A DNA stretch of 34,761 bases from Halobacteriales archaeon (GCA_042219105.1 JBDGQL010000146.1:1-34761); one strand, 5' to 3'; counted from the stretch's first letter, positions 16,107 through 27,078 are shown. The notes: generated by a model not told the origin, from the letters alone. Numbers and translations are program-made.

Positions 16107-16525
16107 GCACGGACTACAGAACCGGCCAGGAGGGGGAGTTCACCTACCGAGGCCACACGCTCGATGAGTTGCAGGCGATGTCTGATGAGGAACTCGGGGA
16201 ACTGCTTCCCGCGCGGATGCGGCGAACCTTGGATCGCGGACTCTCCGGAGAACACCGGAAGCTCCGCGAGGAGGCCAGAGACGCAGGCGAGGAGGAGACC
16301 GCGAACGACCCGATCCGGACGCACCTGCGGGACATGCCGATCCTGCCGGAGTTCGTCGGGCTCACGTTCTCGGTCCACACCGGACAGAGCTTCGAGCGCG
16401 TCCGGATCGAAGAAGAGATGATCGGCCACTACCTCGGGGAGTTCCAGATCACGCGGACATCCGTCGAACACGGCCAGGCGGGGATCGGAGCGACCCGGTC
16501 CTCGAAGTTCGTACCACTCAAATAA
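16103..16525 (+). CDS. rps19: 30S ribosomal protein uS19
   Basis: ATGA overlap with rpl2. [26 protein letters not shown]... Confidence 0.95.
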   Translation: MSTDYRTGQEGEFTYRGHTLDELQAMSDEELGELLPARMRRTLDRGLSGEHRKLREEARDAGEEETANDPIRTHLRDMPILPEFVGLTFSVHTGQSFERVRIEEEMIGHYLGEFQITRTSVEHGQAGIGATRSSKFVPLK

Positions 16526-16527
16526 CT

Positions 16528-16995
16528 ATGGGAATCAGCTACTCAGTCGACGTGGATCCGGACCGGACGGCGAAGGCGATGCTCCGGGAGCGTCCCATGA
16601 GCCACAAGCACGCGACGGAGATCGCCCGCGAGATCAAAGGCAAAACGGCGGGCGAGGCCGTCGCGTACCTGGAGGCCGTGATCGAGGGCGAGCAATCGGT
16701 TCCGTTCAGGTCCCACAACTCCGGGGTCGGACACCGATCCGACATCGACGGGTGGGACGCGGGACGGTACCCCGAGAAGGCCAGCGAGGCGTTCCTCGAT
16801 CTGCTCGAAAACGCCACCGGCAACGCGAACGGGCAGGGATTCGACGCCGAGTCGATGGCGATTCTCCACGTCGCCGCCCACAAGGTCGGCGAGCGAGAGG
16901 GCCGCAATCCCCGCGCCTTCGGCCGCGCAAACCCCTGGAACACTCCGGAGGTCGACGTCGAGTTGATCCTCGAAGAACAGGAGGGTGAAGACTGA
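16528..16995 (+). CDS. rpl22: 50S ribosomal protein uL22
   Basis: MGISYSVDVDPDRTAKAMLRERPMSHKHATEIAREIKGKTAGEA. Confidence 0.95.
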   Translation: MGISYSVDVDPDRTAKAMLRERPMSHKHATEIAREIKGKTAGEAVAYLEAVIEGEQSVPFRSHNSGVGHRSDIDGWDAGRYPEKASEAFLDLLENATGNANGQGFDAESMAILHVAAHKVGEREGRNPRAFGRANPWNTPEVDVELILEEQEGED

Positions 16996-17882
16996 TGGCG
17001 GACGAACAGCAGTTCATCGAGAACGGCATCCGGCGCTCACAGATCAACGAGTTCTTCGCAGAGGAACTTGCCCGCGCCGGCTACGGCGGGATGGATCTTG
17101 CCCAGACGCCGATGGGCACACAGATCGTGCTCAAAGCCGAAAAACCCGGCATGGTGATCGGCAAGGGCGGACAGAACATCCGCGAGATCACCCAGACCCT
17201 GGAAGACGAGTTCGACCTCGAGGAACCGCAGGTCGACGTCCAGGAGGTCGATGAACCAGACCTGAACGCACAGATCGTCGCCGACAGGCTGGCGAACGCT
17301 CTGGAGCGGGGCTGGTACTTCAGGAAGGCGGGCCACACCACGCTCGAACGCATCATGGAGGCCGGCGCGCTGGGCGCGGAGATCGTCCTCTCGGGCAAAG
17401 TGACGGGCGCCCGCGGGCGCGTCGAGAAGTTCTCCGACGGCTACATCAAGCACAACGGCGAGCCCGCCGAGGAGATCGTCGACCGGGGAAAGGGCGTCGC
17501 CGTCATGCAACTGGGGACGATCGGCGTCAACGTGAAAATCATCCCGCCCGGGTCGGATCTTCCCGATGACTTCCGCATCTACGACGACGTCGACACCGAG
17601 GACCTCGGCCCTGCCCCCGGCGATGGCGGCGTCGAGGAGCTCATCGAGGAGCCCGAGGAGGGCGAACTCGAGGCAATCTCCGGCGATGCTGACGCGGAAC
17701 CCGCATCCGGAGAGAGCGCCGCGACAGGCGAGGAGGCAGTCGAGGAAGTTCTCGAGGAGGCAGTCGAAACCGAGGATGACGCCTCCGCCGACGCCGGGGA
17801 GACTCACGAAAGCCCCGCGGAGCCCGACGTCGAAGAGGAAGCAGTCGACGAAGTCATGGACGAACTCGAGGAGGAATCATGA
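16995..17882 (+). CDS. rps3: 30S ribosomal protein uS3 with a long acidic C-terminal tail
   Basis: KH domain (VLKAEKPGMVIGKGGQNIREI) and the uS3 C-domain. An acidic tail of about 90 aa is common in haloarchaea. Confidence 0.95.
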   Translation: MADEQQFIENGIRRSQINEFFAEELARAGYGGMDLAQTPMGTQIVLKAEKPGMVIGKGGQNIREITQTLEDEFDLEEPQVDVQEVDEPDLNAQIVADRLANALERGWYFRKAGHTTLERIMEAGALGAEIVLSGKVTGARGRVEKFSDGYIKHNGEPAEEIVDRGKGVAVMQLGTIGVNVKIIPPGSDLPDDFRIYDDVDTEDLGPAPGDGGVEELIEEPEEGELEAISGDADAEPASGESAATGEEAVEEVLEEAVETEDDASADAGETHESPAEPDVEEEAVDEVMDELEEES

Positions 17883-18085
17883 CGATCATCCATCCCGCCG
17901 AAGTCCGGGAGATGACCCCCGAGGAGCGCGAGGAGGAACTCGAACAACTCGAGACGGAACTGCTGAACGCGAAGGCAATCCAGGCCTCCGGCGGCGCGCC
18001 GGAGAACGCGGGGCGCACCAAGGAGCTCCGCCGGGCGATCGCCCGGATCAAGACGATCCAGCGCGAGGAGGGTGACATCGAATGA
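17879..18085 (+). CDS. rpl29: 50S ribosomal protein uL29
   Basis: 68 aa, EVREMTPEEREEELEQLETELLNAKA. Conserved position. Confidence 0.93.
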   Translation: MTIIHPAEVREMTPEEREEELEQLETELLNAKAIQASGGAPENAGRTKELRRAIARIKTIQREEGDIE

Positions 18086-18369
18086 TCACTCCGGAAACGC
18101 TCGCGCGCCACGAACTGGTCGGCCTGTCGATCCGCGTCCTCAGTGACGCGGACGACCGGGCCGGCATCGCGGGCGAGGTCGTCGACGAGACGACCCGAAC
18201 GCTCACGATCGAGACGGACGGGAAGACGAAGACGGTCCCCAAAGCGGAGGCGACGTTCGCCGTCGACCTTCCGGACGGCGGTTCGGCCGTCGTCGCTGGC
18301 GACCGGCTGGTCGCGCGACCGGCGCGACGCACGGAATCAACAGGTGATACGATATGGCACTCGGCTTAG
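18082..18369 (+). CDS. rnp1: RNase P protein component 1 (Rpp29/Pop4)
   Basis: 95 aa, HELVGLSIRVLSDADDRAGIAGEVVDETTRTLTIE. Sits at the conserved archaeal position between rpl29 and rps17. Confidence 0.88.
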   Translation: MITPETLARHELVGLSIRVLSDADDRAGIAGEVVDETTRTLTIETDGKTKTVPKAEATFAVDLPDGGSAVVAGDRLVARPARRTESTGDTIWHSA

Positions 18370-18683
18370 GAGTTACGACACCCGAGACGGCCTGCGCTGA
18401 CGAGAACTGTCCGTTCCACGGCCAGCTATCGGTCCGTGGCGGGACGCTCGTCGGCGAGGTCGCCTCGACCGACATGGAGAAGACCGTCGTCGTCGAGCGC
18501 GAATACGACGTGTTCGTGCCCAAGTACGACCGATACATGAAACGCAGGTCGCGCGTGCCGGCTCACGCCCCGCCCTGCATGGACATTACGGTCGGCGACA
18601 CGGTCAGCATCGCGGAGACACGACCACTCTCGAAGACCAAGTCACACGCGGTCGTCGAGATAACCGACCGGGGTGAGAGCTGA
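18354..18683 (+). CDS. rps17: 30S ribosomal protein uS17
   Basis: [16 protein letters not shown]...[17 protein letters not shown]. 16-nt overlap with rnp1. Confidence 0.95.
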   Translation: MALGLGVTTPETACADENCPFHGQLSVRGGTLVGEVASTDMEKTVVVEREYDVFVPKYDRYMKRRSRVPAHAPPCMDITVGDTVSIAETRPLSKTKSHAVVEITDRGES

Positions 18684-19081
18684 TGGAGGCGCTCGCAGCC
18701 GACGTCACCCGCGGGCTGGAGAAGGGCTCGCGGATCACGTGTGCGGACAACACGGGCGCCCGCGAGTTGAAGATCATCAGCGTCCAGAACTACCAGGGGA
18801 CGGTCAACCGTCACCCGAAGGCGGGTCTTGGCGACAAGGTGACCGTCTCGGTCACAAAGGGCACCCCCGAGATGCGCCGGCAGGTGCTGGAGGCGGTGAT
18901 CGTCCGCCAGCGCAAGCCGATTCGCCGGCCCGACGGCACCCGCGTGAAGTTCGAGGACAACGCCGCGGTGATCATCGACGAGCAGGGAGAGCCCCGGGGG
19001 ACCGAAATCAAGGGTCCGATCGCCCAGGAAATTGCCGAACGCTTCGGAAGCATCGGATCGACTGCAACGATACTACTATGA
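18683..19081 (+). CDS. rpl14: 50S ribosomal protein uL14
   Basis: [23 protein letters not shown]... Confidence 0.97.
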   Translation: MEALAADVTRGLEKGSRITCADNTGARELKIISVQNYQGTVNRHPKAGLGDKVTVSVTKGTPEMRRQVLEAVIVRQRKPIRRPDGTRVKFEDNAAVIIDEQGEPRGTEIKGPIAQEIAERFGSIGSTATILL

Positions 19082-19440
19082 CACGAGATCCAACGAAACA
19101 GCGTACCCGGACGCGCCGGGCGGACCTCCACGAGCGACACGACCAGGTCCGGGCGACGCTCGATACGGACCTTCGAGAGGAGCACGGCCAGCGAAACGTC
19201 CGCGTGAATGCCGGCGACACCGTCGAGGTGATGCGCGGTGACTTCGCGGGCGAGGAGGGCGAAGTCGTCACCGTGGACCTGAAAGACGCCGTCGTCCACG
19301 TCGAGGACGTGGTGGTCGAGGCCGCGGACGGCGAGGAGATTCCCCGTCCGCTGGATGCCTCGAACGTCCGCGTGACCGACCTGGACCTGTCGGACGACCG
19401 TCGAGAGGAGCGACTGGACGCGGAGGGTGATGCTGCATGA
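19078..19440 (+). CDS. rpl24: 50S ribosomal protein uL24
   Basis: Internal ATG of the 18673..19440 frame with an ATGA overlap onto rpl14. [24 protein letters not shown] motif [18 protein letters not shown]. Confidence 0.93.
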   Translation: MTRDPTKQRTRTRRADLHERHDQVRATLDTDLREEHGQRNVRVNAGDTVEVMRGDFAGEEGEVVTVDLKDAVVHVEDVVVEAADGEEIPRPLDASNVRVTDLDLSDDRREERLDAEGDAA

Positions 19441-20333
19441 GCAACCACCAGAAGCGTCTCTCGGCGCCCACCTCCTGGCCGGTCGGACGCAAGACCGAGA
19501 CGTTCACTGTGAAGGCCGACGCCGGCCCGCATGGCGAGGACGGCGTGCCACTGTTGATCCTGCTTCGGGACGTGCTGGGTTACGTCGACTCCCGCAAGGA
19601 AGCCCAGTACGCCCTCGATCAGGACAGCGTGCTGATCAACGGGACAGTCGCCTCGGACGTGACTCGCCCGATCGGGATGTTCGACATCCTCGCCTTCGAA
19701 GAGCGCGCGGAGAACTACAGGGTGTTCCCCGACGAGGGGGGTCGGCTCGCGCTGACGCCGATCGACGCCGATGCGGCCGGATCGAAGCTCGGCAAGATCA
19801 CGGAAAAGCGGCTGGTTCCGGGCGGCGACACCCAGCTCACGATGCACGACGGGGAGACGCTGCTCGTAGCGGAGGACGCGTACACCCCTGGCGACTCGCT
19901 GGTGATCGGCAACGAGGACGGCTCGGTCATCGCCCACTTCCCCTACGAGGAGGGGGCGCTCGTGACGGCCGTCGACGGCCAGCACGCCGGCGAGATCGGG
20001 ACCGTCACGTCAATCGAGGTGACGCCCGGAAGCGGCTCGAACGCCGTCACCGTCGAGACCGGTGAGGGTGCCTTCGAGACGATCGAGGAGTACGTCGTCG
20101 TGATCGACGAGAACTTCACCGACGACGACGAAGCGGCCGAGACGAGCGAGGAGGGCGAGCTCGAGGACATCGCCGGGGTCGGCCCGGCGAAGGCCGACGC
20201 GTTGCGCGAGGCCGGCTTCGAGTCCGTCGCGGACGTCCGTGAGGCGACGACGGGGGACCTTTCGGAAGCCGAGGGGGTTGGCGAGAGCCTCGCGGAGCAG
20301 ATCAAAGACGATGTCGGAGGTGCGGACGCATGA
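19437..20333 (+). CDS. rps4e: 30S ribosomal protein eS4 with a C-terminal helix-hairpin-helix extension
   Basis: [26 protein letters not shown]... eS4 core, followed by an extra tail of about 60 aa: [53 protein letters not shown]. Confidence 0.93.
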   Translation: MSNHQKRLSAPTSWPVGRKTETFTVKADAGPHGEDGVPLLILLRDVLGYVDSRKEAQYALDQDSVLINGTVASDVTRPIGMFDILAFEERAENYRVFPDEGGRLALTPIDADAAGSKLGKITEKRLVPGGDTQLTMHDGETLLVAEDAYTPGDSLVIGNEDGSVIAHFPYEEGALVTAVDGQHAGEIGTVTSIEVTPGSGSNAVTVETGEGAFETIEEYVVVIDENFTDDDEAAETSEEGELEDIAGVGPAKADALREAGFESVADVREATTGDLSEAEGVGESLAEQIKDDVGGADA

Positions 20334-20848
20334 GCGAGACGGAGTTCCACGCGATGCGCGAGCCACGGATCGAGAAGGTCGTCGCGCACATGGGCGTCGG
20401 GTACGGCGGTGAGGACCTCCAAGACGCCGAGCGGATCTTAGAGGAGATCACCGGGCAGGGGAGCGTCCGGACCCAGGCAAAGAACACGGTCGGGGCGTTC
20501 AACATTCGCGAGGGCGATCCGATCGGCGCGAAGGTGACCCTCCGGGACGAGGCGGCCCGGGAGTTCCTCGCGACCGCGCTCCCGCTGACGAACGTGTCGG
20601 CGAGTCAGTTCGACGAGACGGGCAACGTGAGCTTCGGAATCGAGGAACACACGTCGTTCCCGAGCCAGGAGTACAACCCCGACGTCGGCATCTACGGGCT
20701 AGACGTGACCGCGTCGCTGGTGCGTCCGGGCTACCGGGTGTCGAAGCGTGATCAGCGCACCCGGTCGATCCCATCGAGCCACCGGTTGACCGCCGAGGAC
20801 GCGATCGCGTTTCTCGAAGCCGAGTTCGACGTGGAGGTGGACGAATGA
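20330..20848 (+). CDS. rpl5: 50S ribosomal protein uL5
   Basis: [18 protein letters not shown]... [10 protein letters not shown]. Confidence 0.95.
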   Translation: MSETEFHAMREPRIEKVVAHMGVGYGGEDLQDAERILEEITGQGSVRTQAKNTVGAFNIREGDPIGAKVTLRDEAAREFLATALPLTNVSASQFDETGNVSFGIEEHTSFPSQEYNPDVGIYGLDVTASLVRPGYRVSKRDQRTRSIPSSHRLTAEDAIAFLEAEFDVEVDE

Positions 20849-21030
20849 GCGAATCGGAAGGCGAGAACGAAGCGAATACGGGCGAACACGCCGCGAAGCG
20901 CACCGACCAGACCAACGCGTGTCGACGCTGTGACCGCAAGCAGGGTCTCGTCGGCAAGTACGACGTATGGCTGTGTCGACAGTGCTTCCGGGAGATCGCC
21001 CGCGACATGGGGTTCAAGAAATACTCATGA
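20845..21030 (+). CDS. rps14: 30S ribosomal protein uS14 (zinc-binding type)
   Basis: 61 aa, [25 protein letters not shown]. Confidence 0.95.
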   Translation: MSESEGENEANTGEHAAKRTDQTNACRRCDRKQGLVGKYDVWLCRQCFREIARDMGFKKYS

Positions 21031-21419
21031 CTGCGACGGATCCACTGGCGAACGCGCTGTCGGGACTGGACAACGCCGAGGGCGTTGGCCACCTCGACCA
21101 CACGGTACAGCCCGCCTCGAACCTCATCGGCAGCGTCCTCGAAGTGTTCTACGAGCGCGGCTACGTAGACGGGTTCGAGTACGTCGAGGACGGCAAGGCC
21201 GGCGAGTTCGAGGTCGAACTGACGGGCGCCATAAACGAATGTGGCGCGATCAAGCCCCGGTACGCGGTGGGCGCGGCGGAGTTCGAGGACTGGGAGAAGC
21301 GGTTTCTCCCGGCCCAGGACTACGGCGCGCTCGTCGTCACGACGAGCCGGGGCGTGATGAGTCACGCCGAGGCCCGCGCGAAGGGCGTCGGCGGACAGCT
21401 CATCGCCTACGTATACTGA
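21027..21419 (+). CDS. rps8: 30S ribosomal protein uS8
   Basis: Internal ATG with an ATGA overlap onto rps14. [19 protein letters not shown]. Confidence 0.93.
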   Translation: MTATDPLANALSGLDNAEGVGHLDHTVQPASNLIGSVLEVFYERGYVDGFEYVEDGKAGEFEVELTGAINECGAIKPRYAVGAAEFEDWEKRFLPAQDYGALVVTTSRGVMSHAEARAKGVGGQLIAYVY

Positions 21420-21421
21420 CA

Positions 21422-21958
21422 ATGCCACGAACGGAAATCGAACTACCGGAAGACGTGACCGCCCGGATGGACCGGCTTGACCTCACGGTCGAGGGTCCCG
21501 ATGGAAGCGTACGGCGGCGGCTGTGGTACCCCGACATCGACGTGTCCGTGGCTGACGGCCATGTCGTCGTCGCTACCGAGGCCGAGGACAAGGAGACGAC
21601 CGCGACGATGGGCACCTTCGAGAGCCATATCCAAAACGCGGCCCACGGCGTGACCGAGGGCTGGAGCTACGAGATGGAGGTGTTCTACGCCCACTTCCCG
21701 ATGCAGGTCACGGTCGAGGACGGCGAGGTCGTTATCGAGAACTTTCTCGGCGAGCGAGCCCCGCGCCGGACGGAGATCCGCGGAGACACCGAGGTCGAGA
21801 TCGACGGCGAGGAGATCACGCTTCGCGGGCCCGACAAGGAGGACGTCGGGCAGACCGCCGCGGCGATCGAACAGCTCACACGCGTCACCGACAAGGACAC
21901 CCGGGTGTTCCAGGACGGCGTGTACATCACCGCGAAACCGTCAGGAGGTGCGGTCTGA
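21422..21958 (+). CDS. rpl6: 50S ribosomal protein uL6
   Basis: ATG 21422 within the 20930..21958 frame. [14 protein letters not shown]...[14 protein letters not shown]. Confidence 0.93.
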   Translation: MPRTEIELPEDVTARMDRLDLTVEGPDGSVRRRLWYPDIDVSVADGHVVVATEAEDKETTATMGTFESHIQNAAHGVTEGWSYEMEVFYAHFPMQVTVEDGEVVIENFLGERAPRRTEIRGDTEVEIDGEEITLRGPDKEDVGQTAAAIEQLTRVTDKDTRVFQDGVYITAKPSGGAV

Positions 21959-22950
21959 TGGCCGAGGACATCGAGGACATCGCGGGCGTCGGCGGCGCGA
22001 AGGCCGACGCGCTGCGCGAGGCCGGATACAGTTCGGTCGAGGCGGTCCGCGAGGCGAGCCAGGAGGAACTCTCGGAGATCGAGAGCATCGGCAACGCCCT
22101 GGCGGCCCGCATCAAGGCCGATGTCGACGAGGTCGAGGTCGAAGCGGAGGCCGACGACGAACCGGCGACGGCGGACGCGGAGGAGGGAACTGAAGCCGAG
22201 GACGACGACACCGCGGCCACGCCCGAGGACGACGGCGACGACGACACCGCGGCCACGCCCGAGGACGTCCCCGACACGATCGAGGACATCGCGGGCGTCG
22301 GCGGCACGAAGGCCGACGTGCTCCGGGAGGCCGGCTACGAGTCGGTCGCGGACGTCCAGAGCGCGAGCCAGGAGGAACTCTCGGAGATCGGGAGCATCGG
22401 CAACGCCCTGGCGGCCCGCATCAAGGCCGACGTCGGCGACGTCGAAATCGAGGATGAGACCGAAGCCGACATCGAGGATGAGGCGGCGCCCGAACCGGAG
22501 GGTGAAACGACGACCGAACTCCGGCCCCGGGGACACGCCGAGAAGACGCCCGACCTCACCGACGAGGAGGAGCGCCTCATCGCAAAGCGCGCGGAGACGG
22601 CACGCGAGTTCGATCGTCAGGACAACCACATGAAAAAGCGGATCCCCACCTCCTGGCGCCGGCCGAAAGGCACCCACTCCAAACAGCGCCAGGGGGTCAA
22701 GGGCAAGGGCGACACAGTCCAGGCGGGCTTCCGAAGCCCGACAGCCGTCCGGGGGAAACACCCGAGCGGTTTCGAGGAGGTGCGCGTTCACCGCCCCGCG
22801 GATCTGGAAGGCGTCGATCCCGACCGGGAGGCGGTCCGCATCGCCTCCACCGTTGGCGGCCGGAAGCGCGCCCGTATCGAGGACGAGGCAGAGGAAGCCG
22901 GCGTCCGCGTGCTCAATCCGACCTACGAGGAAATGGAGGTGGAAGAATGA
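21958..22950 (+). CDS. rpl32e: 50S ribosomal protein eL32 with a duplicated N-terminal HhH module
   Basis: The C-terminal eL32 core ([47 protein letters not shown]) is preceded by two copies of [44 protein letters not shown]. Confidence 0.93.
   Translation: MAEDIEDIAGVGGAKADALREAGYSSVEAVREASQEELSEIESIGNALAARIKADVDEVEVEAEADDEPATADAEEGTEAEDDDTAATPEDDGDDDTAATPEDVPDTIEDIAGVGGTKADVLREAGYESVADVQSASQEELSEIGSIGNALAARIKADVGDVEIEDETEADIEDEAAPEPEGETTTELRPRGHAEKTPDLTDEEERLIAKRAETAREFDRQDNHMKKRIPTSWRRPKGTHSKQRQGVKGKGDTVQAGFRSPTAVRGKHPSGFEEVRVHRPADLEGVDPDREAVRIASTVGGRKRARIEDEAEEAGVRVLNPTYEEMEVEE
21961..22449 (+). repeat. Intragenic tandem duplication (315-bp period) of the HhH-coding module, plus a 30-bp exact repeat
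   Basis: About 21964-22110 and 22279-22425 are near-identical at the DNA level (atcgaggacatcgcgggcgtcggcggc.cgaaggccgacg.gct...gagccaggaggaactctcggagatcg.gagcatcggcaacgccctggcggcccgcatcaaggccga). gacgacgacaccgcggccacgcccgaggac occurs at 22201-22230 and again at 22237-22266. Confidence 0.9.
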
Positions 22951-23417
22951 CTGACCTGAGAGCACAGAAACGCCTCGCGGCGGACGTGCTGGACGTCGGC
23001 GAGAACCGCGTCCGGTTCGATCCGGACGAGCAGGGCGAGATCGCCGACGCGATCACCCGCGAGGACATCCGAGACCTCGTTGACCGGGGCGTCATCGAGG
23101 CGAAAGACGCGAACGGTAACTCCCGCGGTCGCGCCAGGGAGCGCGACGCGAAGCGCTCCTATGGCCACAAGAAAGGCCCCGGCTCCCGGAAGGGGAAGGC
23201 CGGTGGCCGCGAGGACGAGAAGGACCGCTGGAAGGGCGACATTCGGGCCCAGCGGCGCGTCCTCAGGGATCTGCGTGACACTGGCGAGGTCACAAGAAGC
23301 GAGTACCGGGAACTGTACGCGAAGGCAAGCGGTGGCGAGTTCGACAGCGTGCGGTACCTGCTGAATTACGCCGAGAACAACTACGGACCGATCGAATACG
23401 ATCTGGAGGCAGACTAA
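22947..23417 (+). CDS. rpl19e: 50S ribosomal protein eL19
   Basis: [26 protein letters not shown]. Confidence 0.95.
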   Translation: MTDLRAQKRLAADVLDVGENRVRFDPDEQGEIADAITREDIRDLVDRGVIEAKDANGNSRGRARERDAKRSYGHKKGPGSRKGKAGGREDEKDRWKGDIRAQRRVLRDLRDTGEVTRSEYRELYAKASGGEFDSVRYLLNYAENNYGPIEYDLEAD

Positions 23418-23974
23418 TGGCGACAGGACCACGATACAACGTCCCGATGCGACGACGTCGGGAAGGACGGACGAACTACCATCAGCGGTTGCGCCTGCTG
23501 AAATCCGGCGAGGCACGGCTGGTCGCGCGGACGAGCAACAAGCACGTCAGGGCGCAGCTGGTGACGATGGGAGAAAACGGCGACGAGACGGAAGCGAACG
23601 CACACTCACAGGACCTGGCCGAGTTCGGCTGGGAGGCGCCGACCGGCAACCTGCCGGCGGCGTATCTCACCGGCTACCTCGCCGGGGCACGCGGCGTGGC
23701 GGCCGGCGTCGAGACGGCGGTGCTCGACATCGGCCTCAACACCGCGACGCCAGGCGCGAAGGTGTTCGCGGTCCAGGAGGGTGCGATCGACGCCGGATTG
23801 GAGAGCCCGCACAACGAGAGCGTCTTCGCGGACTGGGAGCGAACCCGGGGCGAACACATCGCCACGTACGCCCAGCAGCGCGAGGAGCCACTGTACGCCG
23901 GCGAGTTCGCGGCGACTGAACTCCCCGAGCACTTCGATGCGGTACGTGAGACGATTGCGGAGGAGATACAATGA
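23417..23974 (+). CDS. rpl18: 50S ribosomal protein uL18
   Basis: [31 protein letters not shown]. Confidence 0.95.
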   Translation: MATGPRYNVPMRRRREGRTNYHQRLRLLKSGEARLVARTSNKHVRAQLVTMGENGDETEANAHSQDLAEFGWEAPTGNLPAAYLTGYLAGARGVAAGVETAVLDIGLNTATPGAKVFAVQEGAIDAGLESPHNESVFADWERTRGEHIATYAQQREEPLYAGEFAATELPEHFDAVRETIAEEIQ

Positions 23975-24624
23975 GCGACGGACACGGCTGGGAACCACGG
24001 ACACGGCTCGGACGCAAAGTACGCGACGAGGAGATATCGTCGATGGAGGCAGCGCTGAATTCGGGACTCCCGATGAAGGAGCCCGAGATCGTCGACCAGC
24101 TTCTGCCGAACGTCGACGATGAGGTGCTCGACATCAACATGGTCCAGCGCATGACCGACTCAGGGCGCCGGGTGAAGTTCCGGTGTGTCGTCGCCGTCGG
24201 CGATCGTAACGGCTACGTCGGCTACGCGGAGGGTCGCGAGGACCAGGTCGGCGCCGCCATCCAGAAGGCCATCGAGATCGCGAAAATGAACATGATCTCC
24301 GTGGACAGGGGGTCGGGATCCTGGGAGGACCGCTCCGATGAACCCCACTCGCTGTCCCGGCGGACGCGGGGCAAGGCTGGATCGGTCGAGGTTGACCTCA
24401 TTCCCGCGCCGAGCGGGCTGGGACTGGCCGCGGCCGACACCGTCGAGGCGATTCTGGAACTCGCCGGTGTCGAAGACGCCTGGACGAAGAGCCACGGCAA
24501 CACGCGGACGACGATGAACCTCGCGAAGGCGACGTACAACGCCCTGCGGAACTCCTCGCAGGCACGGGGCAGCCGGCGGACCCGCGACCTGGAGGAGGCT
24601 GACTTCGAAGAGGTGCGTGGCTGA
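23971..24624 (+). CDS. rps5: 30S ribosomal protein uS5
   Basis: [11 protein letters not shown]...[31 protein letters not shown]. Confidence 0.95.
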   Translation: MSDGHGWEPRTRLGRKVRDEEISSMEAALNSGLPMKEPEIVDQLLPNVDDEVLDINMVQRMTDSGRRVKFRCVVAVGDRNGYVGYAEGREDQVGAAIQKAIEIAKMNMISVDRGSGSWEDRSDEPHSLSRRTRGKAGSVEVDLIPAPSGLGLAAADTVEAILELAGVEDAWTKSHGNTRTTMNLAKATYNALRNSSQARGSRRTRDLEEADFEEVRG

Positions 24625-25088
24625 TGCAGGCGGTCGTCCAGCTGCGCGGCGAGGTGAACATCAGCGAGGAGGTCGATGACACGCTCGCGATGCTCAACCT
24701 CGGCCGTGTGAACCACTGCACGCTCCTCCCGGAGACGGACGTCTACCGCGGCATGATCACGAAGGTGCACGACTACGTCGCTCACGGCGAACCCAGCACC
24801 GACACCGTCGCAACGCTGTTGCGCCACCGTGGCGAGCCCGAATCCGGCGAACGCGACATCGACGACGAGTGGGTCGAGGCGAACACCGACTACGACAGCG
24901 TCGAGGCGCTCGCCGAGGCACTGATCACCGAGGAGACGACGCTGTCGGAGGCGGGGCTTACACCCGTCCTTCGCCTGCACCCGCCACGCGGCGGTCACGA
25001 CGGGGTCAAAAAGCCCGTCGTGGCCGGCGGCCAGATCGGAAACCACACCACCGAGGAGATAGATACTCTCCTCACGGCCATGCGATAA
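24624..25088 (+). CDS. rpl30: 50S ribosomal protein uL30
   Basis: [30 protein letters not shown]. Confidence 0.95.
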   Translation: MQAVVQLRGEVNISEEVDDTLAMLNLGRVNHCTLLPETDVYRGMITKVHDYVAHGEPSTDTVATLLRHRGEPESGERDIDDEWVEANTDYDSVEALAEALITEETTLSEAGLTPVLRLHPPRGGHDGVKKPVVAGGQIGNHTTEEIDTLLTAMR

Positions 25089-25090
25089 CA

Positions 25091-25540
25091 ATGACCAACA
25101 AGAAAGACAGACAGCGCGGCTCGCGTACACACGGCGGAGGCAGTCAGAAAAACGGCCGCGGGGCCGGCAACCGCGGCGGCCGCGGGGATGCGGGCCGCGA
25201 GAAACACGAGTTCCACGGCACGGAGCCCATGGGGCGGTCGGGATTCACACAGCCGCCGGAAGTACAGGACGAGATCGCGGAGATCGACGTCGGTCGTCTG
25301 GACGAGGACGCGCCGCTTCTTGCAGCCGACGGACTCGCCGAGGAGGTCGAGGGTGGCTACCGGATCGATGCTCGCGACGTCGTCGAGGACGGCCACGAGG
25401 TTGACGCGGTGAAGGTGCTCGGCGGGGGGCAGGTCCGACACGAGCTGACCGTCGTCGCCGACACCTTTTCGGACACTGCGGCCCAACTGATAGAAGAAGC
25501 GGGCGGGAATGCGGAACCAACCGACCACGACGAGGACTAA
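25091..25540 (+). CDS. rpl15: 50S ribosomal protein uL15
   Basis: ATG 25091 within the 24869..25540 frame. MTNKKDRQRGSRTHGGGSQKNGRGAGNRGGRG. Confidence 0.93.
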   Translation: MTNKKDRQRGSRTHGGGSQKNGRGAGNRGGRGDAGREKHEFHGTEPMGRSGFTQPPEVQDEIAEIDVGRLDEDAPLLAADGLAEEVEGGYRIDARDVVEDGHEVDAVKVLGGGQVRHELTVVADTFSDTAAQLIEEAGGNAEPTDHDED

Positions 25541-25543
25541 GTA

Positions 25544-27025
25544 ATGGGCTGGAAGCGGACAGCCGAACCGGTTCTCACGCGCATGCCCTCGGTGGAGCGC
25601 CCCGAGGGCCACGTCCCGTTCAAGCGCAAGTTGGGCTGGACGGCGGCAGTGCTGGTCACGTACTTCTTTCTGACCAACATCGCCCTGTTCGGCCTGAGCC
25701 AGGGGGGTGGCGACGACATATTCGGGCAGTTCCGGTCGATACTCGCCGGCTCGCAGGGATCGATCCTCCAGTTGGGCATCGGACCGATCGTCACCGCGAG
25801 CATCGTTCTGCAGTTGCTCGGCGGGGCCAATCTGCTCGGGCTCGACACCGACGAGCCACGCGACCAGGTGCTGTACCAGGGCCTCCAGAAGCTTCTGGTG
25901 GTCGTGATGGTGATCCTGACCGGCGCCCCGATGGTGTTCTCCGGTGGCCCCGACGGCGGGTTCCTGCCCGCCGCGGACTCGCTCACGGTGTTCGGGGCGA
26001 CGCTCGGAGCCGGCGCGCTCCAGTGGGTGATCTTCGCGCAGGTGTTCGTCGGGGGGATTCTAATCTTGTTTCTCGACGAGATCGTCTCGAAGTGGGGTGT
26101 CGGATCCGGGGTCGGGCTGTTCATCATCGCCGGCGTGAGCCAGCGCCTCGTGGGTGGGTTCATCACGATCGACGCGCTCCCGGGGGAGGTCATCGGATTC
26201 ATCCCCTACTGGATCGGGGTGCTGACCGGGGCGCGGTCGGTCCCCTCGATCGTCAGTTCGGAGGGCGTCCAGGTGATCATCTTCGGGGAAAACGGGATGC
26301 TCGCCCTGGTCACGACGCTTCTGATCTTCGCGATCGTCGTGTACGCTGAATCCGTCCGCGTCGAGATCCCGCTCAGTCACGCCCGAGTGAAGGGTGCACG
26401 CGGTCGCTTCCCGGTGAAACTCATCTACGCGAGCGTCCTGCCGATGATCCTCGTCCGGGCGCTGCAGGCGAACATCCAGTTCCTCGGGCGGATCCTCAAC
26501 TCACAGCTCGGATCCCTGCCTGCCTGGGTCGGCCAGTACGACAGCGGCCAGCCGGTCGGCGGCCTGATGTACTACATGTCGCCCATACGGAACCCGCAGG
26601 ACTGGATGTGGTTCGTCCACACCCCGCCGGGGGAGCCATGGCAGATCATGCTCCGGATCGCTGTCGACCTGACGTTCATGATCATCGGCGGCGGCATCTT
26701 CGCCATCTTCTGGGTCGAGACGACCGATATGGGTCCGAAAGCCACGGCGAAGCAGATCCAGAACTCCGGGATGCAGATACCCGGGTTCCGCCGAAACGTC
26801 GGCGTCATCGAGAAGGTCATGGGTCGGTACATCCCGCCCGTCACCGTGATTGGCGGTGCCCTCGTCGGGTTGCTTGCCGTGATGGCGAACATGATGGGGA
26901 CGATCGGACAGGTCTCGGGAACGGGACTGCTACTGACCGTCTCGATCACCTACAAGATCTACGAGGAGATCGCCGAAGAGCAACTCATGGACATGCATCC
27001 CATGATGCGCCAGATGTTTGGCTGA
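25544..27025 (+). CDS. secY: Preprotein translocase subunit SecY
   Basis: 493 aa, 10-TM topology. LGIGPIVTASIVLQLL, conserved position after rpl15. Confidence 0.96.
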   Translation: MGWKRTAEPVLTRMPSVERPEGHVPFKRKLGWTAAVLVTYFFLTNIALFGLSQGGGDDIFGQFRSILAGSQGSILQLGIGPIVTASIVLQLLGGANLLGLDTDEPRDQVLYQGLQKLLVVVMVILTGAPMVFSGGPDGGFLPAADSLTVFGATLGAGALQWVIFAQVFVGGILILFLDEIVSKWGVGSGVGLFIIAGVSQRLVGGFITIDALPGEVIGFIPYWIGVLTGARSVPSIVSSEGVQVIIFGENGMLALVTTLLIFAIVVYAESVRVEIPLSHARVKGARGRFPVKLIYASVLPMILVRALQANIQFLGRILNSQLGSLPAWVGQYDSGQPVGGLMYYMSPIRNPQDWMWFVHTPPGEPWQIMLRIAVDLTFMIIGGGIFAIFWVETTDMGPKATAKQIQNSGMQIPGFRRNVGVIEKVMGRYIPPVTVIGGALVGLLAVMANMMGTIGQVSGTGLLLTVSITYKIYEEIAEEQLMDMHPMMRQMFG

Positions 27026-27078
27026 ACACCCGAACTACGAGCCTCAGAAGCCACTGATCTCCCGACGTTCCGGGTTCC

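Noticed and set aside
13359-27025. Hidden extra genes, frameshifts or missing members within the ribosomal protein cluster.
   Set aside because: Gene order and content match the canonical archaeal order rpl3-rpl4-rpl23-rpl2-rps19-rpl22-rps3-rpl29-rnp1-rps17-rpl14-rpl24-rps4e-rpl5-rps14-rps8-rpl6-rpl32e-rpl19e-rpl18-rps5-rpl30-rpl15-secY. Spacers are 0-6 nt or overlaps. Only the HhH additions are unusual, and they are reported separately.
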